From the NCBI RefSeq assembly GCF_009914755.1, contig NC_060926.1: a stretch of DNA of 64,000 nt. One strand, given 5' to 3'. Under the pieces are notes generated by a model. That model saw only the letters and a program-made list of their open reading frames with translations, did no database searches and had not been told where the DNA came from. Origin of the DNA: the human T2T-CHM13v2.0 reference genome, Homo sapiens. The translations under genes and the position numbers were made by a program. Below, piece after piece: positions 58,385 through 64,000 of this stretch. Each line of letters begins with the position of its first letter. Within the stretch, counting starts at the first letter, position 1.

Positions 58385-58661
58385 AAGTATTTTAAGCAAA
58401 TTTTGCAAAATTCTCAGCATATTTTAATTTTCCATCTTTTGTTTTGTCCTGTTGATACCATGTGCAAATTCTCCAGAGGTTCTAGGAAATTCAGTGTTGC
58501 CCCAAAGAGGGGATTGGCTGCTGGGGCCCCAATGGGTCTTTATGTTTCTGCTCTAGGATGTCTGCGGCGTAGCCTGTTTGCAGAGCACACCCGCTTTTAT
58601 TAGGACAAACACAACTGGGATCCTTTCAGCCTAGAGACCCTTTGCATGTTTAAAATTTCAG

Positions 58662-59478
58662 TGTTAAATTAAATTTGGCCTCAAACTGCCTCCTTATGTA
58701 TTTTGCATTAAGCCTAAAGGTTTTTCCATACATAAGGAGCTGTAACCCAATTTGATGTGTTAAATAAATTGTAACCTACTCTACTCACAAGTAGCCAAGT
58801 CTCAGTCAATCACAGCAGCTGAACTTCATTCAACCATAGGCAGCTGATATAGTTAGGCTTTCTTGTCCACACCCAAAATCCTATCTTGAATTTTAATCCT
58901 CATTATCACCACGTGTCAAGGGAGCGACTAGATGGAGGTAATTGAATCATGGGGGTGGTTAGCCCCATGCTATTCTCATAACAGTGAGTGTGTTCTCAGG
59001 AGATCTGATGGTTTTATAAGTGTTTTGTAGTTCCTCCTTCATTCATTCTCCTTCCTACCACCTTGTGAGGAAGGTGCTTTGCTTCCCTTTCACCTTCCAC
59101 CAGGATTGTAAGTTTCCTGAGGCCTCCCCAGCTATGCTGAACTGTGAGTCAATTAAACCTCTTTTTTTTTTTTTTAAATTACCCAGTCTCAGGCAGTTCC
59201 TTGTAGCAGTGTGAGAACGGACTAATACCGCAGCCAACTCTTCAAACCAGGTTGAAATAAGGCAAGTGCCTCACTGCATCCAATCTAGCTGTTTCTGTTC
59301 CTCACTTTTGTTTTCTGTCCACCACTCTCCATTTTCTGTCTGTAAATGTTATCTGACCATGTGACAGCCCTGGTGTCATTCTGAACCTATTCTGGTTCTA
59401 GAGGATGCCTGATCCATGAATTGTTCTTTGCTCAGTTAAAATCTGTTAAATTTAATTTGTCTGAAGATTTTTTTAACA
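58662..59478 (+). mobile_element. MER57-like ERV1 LTR, interrupted by THE1D
   Basis: tgttaaattaaatttggcctcaaactgcctccttat...aatttaatttgtctgaagatttttttaaca. Confidence 0.8.
58845..59229 (+). mobile_element. THE1D-like LTR nested in MER57
   Basis: 5-bp TSD gcagc; homologous to 17320-17693. Confidence 0.88.
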
Positions 59479-60299
59479 AGAAATAGAGAAGCTTTCAAAT
59501 AGATTTCTATTTCTTCCATGCCAGAAACGCCTGATGAGAGAATTTAGCGATCATGTATAAAAACATTACACTCACCCAAACGTGTACTTAATTGGAGTGT
59601 TCATCCTGAACACTAGAAGCTTCAAAAATTTAAACAAATATATTTTGTCAATTAAGTTTACTTTGGCTTATTACTTTCTTGTTTAATGCCACTTGTGAAA
59701 TATTTCATGGTTTAAGTTTGGAACTGCAATACACCTGTGTTCCGTCTTCAATTTAATACAATAAAAGCCTACAGGCCTGCTATCATAGCTTCAGATTCTG
59801 AGACAGGCACCAGGGTAAGGCGGAAGGTCAGTCCCAGCCGAGGAAGCCTATGACCTAAGGGGTAAGGCCAACGGTGCAGGAACAGAGTCAGTACTTCACT
59901 TAGATATGGGTGAAGGACTGAAAAAGTAGAGAGAAAAGCTGAAAAATTCTGACTTGGCAAAATGGAGGTCAGAGCAACTGAAGCTCAACATAGCTTTTGA
60001 TCTAGACCTTAAAGAATATATTTTTAAAGGAGTGGGGGTGTATCTGGATATAAATTGCATTTGGTTTTGCTCTGGAAGTCACACAACAGTCTTTGAGCCG
60101 AAGAAGTAAAGTAGTTACCTGAATTAGATATTGTTACCATCATAATTAACATCCATAGCATATGTATATCACATGTGGAGCTGGATATTTTTGTTGAACG
60201 CTTTGCAGAAAAAGAAAAGTCATGCAGTGCTCAACCCCTGGATATTTCCAAGTAGGAAATCTAACAAAATGTCTGAAGGTTTAGTATGTAATTCTTTTA

Positions 60300-62100
60300 T
60301 ACAATAAAATAGAGAGGCATTTATTATCTATCAGTTTTTTTAAAATACATCCTGCTCTGGCCCACCAATTACATCTTTGCAATTTGTTTACTGACAAATA
60401 TGTGAAAAGATAACTGTGCGAGAAGACTTACTGCAGCATTATAGTAAAGTGGTTAGAAACAATAAATGATGATAATAATTAATTTAAGATAGTTTATTAC
60501 CCCTTATCTAATAGAAAACTATGTAGCCATTAAAAATAAGGCATCTGTTTTATATGTCATCATTTGTAACAGTTTTGGTATTGTTAAAAAAAGTGAACAA
60601 AGTGAAGTTTGTATAGTATTCTACCACTTGCGTCATCAATAAATGTGTGTGTGTGTGTGTGTGTGTATAAACATGGATTATATGAACATAATTTACATGC
60701 ATAAAAGATTTCTGGAAGGATACAGAAGAAATAGGTAGCAATGGTGTTCTCTGCTAAGAGAAGAACAGAGGTGAAAAGAAACAATTTTTTTCTGATCATT
60801 TCCCTTACACATTTAAAATATTATATCATAATTTTTATACTTACAAAATATCTTTCAAATGAAAGTACTACAAAATGGGCAGTATCCTATCAACTGAGGA
60901 AAGATACCCTTTCACTTCTCTTGTTTAGAACTCATTTTTCCTTCTTAAATTGAGAACCCTATCTTTCGTGAATTCTGAGGACTCCTTAGCATTATCTATT
61001 ATTTCCATTACCCTATCTCTCTATTCTCTTCTCTGAATTCCCATTAGCCAGGTATTGAGGGCTCTCTGTGTATCCTCTATAATCTATTATATTTTGTATT
61101 GCAATGTGCTGCTTCCTGAGTAGTTTTTGCAGATCAACCTTCCAGTTTACTAACAGTCTTTTAAATTGTGTTTAGACTGCCATTTAAGTCATCCACTTGC
61201 TTCATTTCATTTTTATTTTATTTTTTTTTTTACTTTTAGAGACACAGTCTCACTCTGTTGCACAAGCTGGAGCCCAGTGGTATGATGGATTATAGCTCAC
61301 TGCAGCCTTGACCTCCTGGCTCAAGTGATCCTCTTTCAGCCTCCCAAGTAGCTAGGACTGCAAGCATGTGCCACTGTACCTAGCTAATGTGTTATTTTTA
61401 TTTTTTGTAGAGACAGGGTCTTGCTATGTTGCCTAGGCTTGTCTTGAGCTCCTGGCGTCAAGTGATCCTCTCGTTTTGGCCTCCCTAACTGCTGGGATTA
61501 CAGGTATTCATCACGGTGCCCAGCCTGGTTTATTTTATTTTAATTACTATATTTTTGATTAGTAAATGTTCTATTTGGTTCTTCTTTTCAAGTTTACTTA
61601 GTGATTTTGCATACTGTCTTATTCTTTCCAGATGTTTTTTACCATTTAAATATTCTTAGTTTATGATCGCCTTTATTCTTTTTCTATTATTTCTAGTACC
61701 TGAGACATTTGTGCCTCCTTTTTTTTTTCATGTAACCACTGCCTTGTATTCATGATGGAATTTTTTATTTTTGTGATTTTGTTTGTAAATTCATATTTGT
61801 TAAGTCCTGGTCCCTGCCATCCCCTCACATGGGAATCCCACGAGGTAGAAATGGATGGATGGTTTCCCATTTATCTCTATCAAGGATATCAACAACCTGG
61901 ACTACTTTTTTTCTCTTTTAAAACATTAATTCATAGTTTATGATTTTCTTCGTAATGAAGTAAATGCAGTTTTTAAGTTCAAATGCATGTGAAGTGCATG
62001 GTTTACTTTCTACTGGAAGTTTCTAACAGAGTACATTGTTTAGGCCCTGAGGGCAAGAGAATCATTTTGTTTCCTTGCTCAGCTGTTGGATATAATTTAT
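60300..62100. mobile_element. Old L1M/L1ME fragments (+ then - orientation), with (TG)n at 60644-60666
   Basis: actatgtagccattaaaaat, tctggaaggataca and ccttccagtttactaa motifs; approximate. Confidence 0.5.
61200..61527 (-). mobile_element. AluJ
   Basis: tatagctcactgcagccttgacctcctgg...gagacagggtcttgctatgttgcc. Confidence 0.85.
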
Positions 62101-62163
62101 TAGTTTCCATTTCCCTGAATTAGTAGCACTTGGGGAGTTCTGGTTTTATGCAGGGTATCATTT

Positions 62164-62278
62164 AAAAATTTTTTTTAAGTTCTGGGGTACTTGTGTAGGA
62201 TGTGCAGGTTTGTGACATAGGTAAACGTGTGCCATGGTGGTTTGCTGCGTTAGGATAAATAGCTAATGCATGCTGGGC
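62164..62278 (-). mobile_element. ~115-bp L1PA (L1PA8-13-like) 3' end with 5' inversion
   Basis: Minus-strand L1 terminus joined to a plus-strand upstream piece (ttaggataaatagctaatgcatgctgggc); TSD gcagggtatca(t/c)tt. Confidence 0.8.
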
Positions 62279-62559
62279 AGGGTATCACTTCTACCCCCAC
62301 TTCCATTCATGTGTAGTCTGAAAACTCTAGGGCAAATCCTTCACTCCATGACAAAATCTACAGAGTTATAGCAGCACCAGCTTTGGAGCCTCACTCTCTG
62401 GCCGTCAGCTACTGCTTTACTTCTAGTAATAGAAATTTTTGTTTTCATGGCAATCCCAACTATTCCCTACCATATATTTTGAAGACATCTGTAAGAGAGG
62501 AAAAAGCTGACCCATAGTTGGGGGGAAGATATTGCAATATGCATATTTATCAAAGAACG

Positions 62560-63660
62560 ACATCCAGAATGTTGAGAGAACTTCTTTATTTGAGGAATAA
62601 CAATAAAATCAGAGTAGCTCAAAGGAAGGCAGCAAGGGGAAGAGTGGTTGGAGATGAGGTTACAGGGGAATCTGGGGTCCACATCATAACAGGCTTTTCA
62701 GGCCTATGAACTATGGCTTTATTCTGAATGGGGTGGGTTGCCATTGAGTGGTTTTGAGTAGAAGGGTGACAAGGTCTGATTCAAGTTTTAAGAGGATTAC
62801 TCACAGTGTTGGGGCAAGGACAGAATAAGAGAGCTCATTTATGAGGCCACTGCAATAATCCAACCATGAGATGAAGGTGCCTTGGGCTAGAGCATTAGTG
62901 GTGGAGTTGGCATAGTATTATTGGAGTCTGCATGCATTTTGAAAGACAGGATTTTCTGACAGATTGAATGTGTATTCTGAAAGAAATAGGGGAGTCAAGG
63001 TAACATCTATATTTTTGGCCTGAACATCTAAAAGAATATAGCTGCCAGCAGCCAAGATAGGGATGACTGCCCATGGGATGAATTTTGGGAGGAAGAGAAG
63101 AAATTTGAATTTGGATATGTTAACTTAGAGAAATAACTGGAAATGTTGAACGGGAAGTCAGATATGTGAGTCCGGAATTACAAAGAGACATGTGGGTTGG
63201 AAATACAAATTTGAGAGTAGACTAGTTTTGGATAGGGTTTAAATCTTTTAGAGTATATGATATCACTAATGCAAAGTGATGGATAGAGAGGAGCTCTGAG
63301 TGCTGAATGCCTTTGGCATTCAATGATGAAGAGATTGGGGAGATGAAGAGTTGCCAGTGAGGGGCACTGAGAAGGCACAGCAAGTAAGGTGGGAGGAAAA
63401 CCATGGCAATGTGGTGTCTTGGAAATGGAATAAATATCTGCTACAGGAGGAGGCGATGATAACGGTGTCCCATGCTCTTGTTAGGACACAGTTGAAAGAT
63501 CTCGAGATTGAAAACTGAGCTTCACAGATGTCAATATTAAGAACTGATCTTTGGACTTAGCAATGCAGAGCTCATTGGTATCTTTTATGAGAAAAATTTC
63601 AGTGGCGTGGTAAGACCAGATTCTAATTGAAGTGTGTCCAAAACAAGAAGGGAGCTTAAG
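62560..63660 (-). mobile_element. L2 LINE fragment
   Basis: tttaagaggattactc...gcaataatccaa..gagatga...ggagtcaagg...tttggcctgaac...tttggatatgttaa motifs. Confidence 0.75.
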
Positions 63661-63664
63661 CATT

Positions 63665-63667
63665 AAA

Positions 63668-63710
<43 letters not shown>

Positions 63711-64000
63711 TTGGAAATAGGGTCTCATTTTGTCATCCAGGCTGAAGTGCAGTGGTGCCATCAGCACGGCTCACTGTAGCCTTGACTTCCCAGGTTCAAG
63801 AGATCGTCCCTCAGTCTCCCAAGTAGCTGGGACCACAGGTGTATGCCACTGTGCCCAGCTAATTTTTGTATTTTTTGTAGAGATGGGATTTTGCCATGTT
63901 GCCCAGGCTGGTCTCAAACTCTTGAGCTCAAGCAATCCACTTGCCTCAGCTCCCCAAGCTGGTCTCAAACTCTTGAGCTCAAGCAATTCGCTTGCCTCGG
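63665..64000 (-). mobile_element. AluJ with (ATT)n tail and internal 51-bp tandem duplication; runs off the window
   Basis: ggctcactgtagccttgacttcccagg; duplicated ctggtctcaaactcttgagctcaagcaat. Confidence 0.88.

Overview
Primate (most likely human) non-coding genomic DNA, either intergenic or deep intronic. I see no recognisable host protein-coding gene, RNA gene or CpG island. The six-frame ORFs are L1 ORF2 debris, Alu/LTR translations, simple repeats or chance ORFs. Much of the window is interspersed repeat: Alu J/S/Y, L1PA/PB/MA/MC/ME, L2, MIR, MaLR/ERVL/ERV1 LTRs, MER85, a full-length HSMAR2 and several microsatellites/VNTRs. Subfamily names come from my recall of consensus sequences, not a RepeatMasker run. 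The standout structure is at 5551-9934. One AluY is split at its A-rich linker by a ~4-kb insertion: a 5'-truncated L1PA3-like element plus ~2 kb of older DNA with its own poly(A), which I interpret as an L1 3' transduction. The inverted Alu pair in that cargo carries a strongly strand-biased A>G excess (about 16 A>G vs 2 T>C on the transcript strand). This is the expected fossil of ADAR A-to-I editing of the RNA before reverse transcription. Other notable items: a templated inverted+direct insertion inside an MLT1C LTR, a MER85 with a perfect palindrome, a twin-primed micro-L1, and a repeat-poor block with a candidate exon and a CTCF motif.
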